A model generated the notes under the pieces. That model was given only the letters and a program-made list of their open reading frames with translations, searched no databases and was not told the origin of the DNA. DNA of 24,000 bases from the NCBI GenBank assembly GCA_035528035.1, contig DATKZI010000032.1, positions 10,375-34,374 on the forward strand. Reading direction: 5' to 3'. Position 1 is the stretch's first letter. Each line of letters starts with the position of its first letter. A program made the position numbers and the translations under genes. Below are positions 22,927-24,000 of the stretch, one piece after another. This DNA is from Candidatus Bathyarchaeia archaeon. Lineage in GTDB: Archaea > Asgardarchaeota > Heimdallarchaeia > JABLTI01.

Positions 22927-24000
22927 ATGACAAGGAATGAAATGATTGATTCACAAACAGATCAAGATGTAGCAAAATCAAGGATATTAAGCTCAATTTC
23001 ATCATTTTCTAAAAAAACATCAGAGAGGATTAAAAATCGATTGAATAAAGTATCTTGGGGTGAATATAGCCTAGAAATTGGTATAGTCGCAATGTTAATC
23101 TCAATTGCACTTTTTATACGAATAGTATTAGCTTATGAATTTCGTGTTAATTGGGGATACGGTTCTGATGAAATTATCTGGAATTTAGGATTACCATTTA
23201 ATATCAATAATGTTAATTTCAGGGGGTTTGCTGATTTTGGATATTATTATTATTCTTGGGTTACAGGATGGTTTGAAAATGGATGGTATCCTTATCAATG
23301 GACAGAACCAGCAGATGTCTATGACTATTATTCCTATCCTCCTGTCTTTCTTTACTTCCTTGTTCTAATTTGGCGTCCTGGTATGAGTAATTTTTGGATT
23401 GCGTTTCCAATGGTTTTTGCTGATGCTGCTTGTGCTGGAGTTGTTTACCTAATTTTACGTGAAGCAATAAAAAAAGATACTTCCCGCATCATTGCTATTA
23501 TTGGTGGTTTTCTAATGGCACTTGCACCTATCAACGTTATTTATGACGGTATTTTTTGGCTTAATCCTGGTCCTGTTACTTTATTATCATTAATAGCTTT
23601 TTACTTCGCAATTAAAAATAAATGGTGGCAAGCATTCTTTTGGCTTGCTTTTGCAACTATGACTAAACAAAATGCTCTGTTCTTTACTTTTCCAATGTTC
23701 ATGGTTATGTTGGGGCAAAAAGCGAGAGACAAAAGTGTTAGAGAAGCAATCATTGAAAGCATTATGAATGCTGTTCTTTTTGTTGCTGTTTGTTTACTTT
23801 TATCTGTTCCTTACATCTTTATTGATCCCTTACAATATGGGCGACATATGCTCTTTCCAGGCAGAGGAATAGAATGGCGATTTTACCCAACAGATCCAGC
23901 TGGAAATGATTGTGTTCCATTTGCTACATCTCTGTGGAAATTAGGTGTGCAGGGAATTCTGTTAGCAGTTATTTCTCTCGGTACCTATAACATGTTTTTT
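22927..24000 (+). CDS. GT-C-fold glycosyltransferase-like polytopic membrane protein (PMT/ArnT/DUF2029-like), N-terminal ~358 codons; continues past the right edge
   Basis: Absent from the ORF track because no stop lies in the window. The ATG at 22927 is preceded by GAGGA. Manual translation: MTRNEMIDSQTDQDVAKSRIL...SLEIGIVAMLISIALFIRIVLAYEFRVNWGYGSDEIIWNLG (Asp-Glu in the first loop after TM1, as in GT-C enzymes)...YYSYPPVFLYFLVLIW...ATMTKQNALFFTFPMF. There are many aromatic-rich TM segments. Confidence 0.55.
   Translation, partial: MTRNEMIDSQTDQDVAKSRILSSISSFSKKTSERIKNRLNKVSWGEYSLEIGIVAMLISIALFIRIVLAYEFRVNWGYGSDEIIWNLGLPFNINNVNFRGFADFGYYYYSWVTGWFENGWYPYQWTEPADVYDYYSYPPVFLYFLVLIWRPGMSNFWIAFPMVFADAACAGVVYLILREAIKKDTSRIIAIIGGFLMALAPINVIYDGIFWLNPGPVTLLSLIAFYFAIKNKWWQAFFWLAFATMTKQNALFFTFPMFMVMLGQKARDKSVREAIIESIMNAVLFVAVCLLLSVPYIFIDPLQYGRHMLFPGRGIEWRFYPTDPAGNDCVPFATSLWKLGVQGILLAVISLGTYNMFF

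Noticed and set aside
22602-23467. ORFs 22602..22814 (+) and 23261..23467 (-)
   Set aside because: They are antisense to the 249-aa gene and to the GT-C-like membrane-protein gene respectively. The sense frames have far better start contexts and protein-like features.

Overview
AT-rich archaeal chromosomal segment. The archaeal assignment rests on a partial gene for the PolD DP2 large subunit, a polymerase known only from archaea. It is supported by Shine-Dalgarno-like GGTGA/GGAGG motifs and oligo-T termination signals. I support about 22 protein-coding genes and one tRNA-Asn(GUU). I see no rRNA, CRISPR array, transposase or integrase. Recognisable genes: PolD DP2 (1-2952, minus, missing from the ORF track because it runs off the window), an MFS transporter, an orphan OppC/DppC-type ABC permease, a ComB-family phosphatase, a HEAT/PBS-repeat protein, an orphan EutA-like ASKHA ATPase, a lipase-like alpha/beta hydrolase, and a partial GT-C glycosyltransferase-like membrane protein (22927-24000, plus, also missing from the track). 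The best candidate for an undescribed system is the minus-strand block 10538->3103. It encodes an ~896-aa orphan protein followed by five translationally coupled membrane subunits related to Mrp antiporter / complex-I membrane-arm subunits (A/L-, D/M/N-, C/K- and possibly B-like). No redox module or MrpEFG is present, and several canonical ion-pathway Glu/Lys/His residues appear substituted. A second candidate is the minus-strand cluster 22756->20136: an unknown alpha/beta protein, the lipase-like hydrolase, and two tandem paralogous Cys-rich mini-proteins with TTG starts. All family calls come from motifs read by eye in the translations. No database search, HMM or structure prediction was run.
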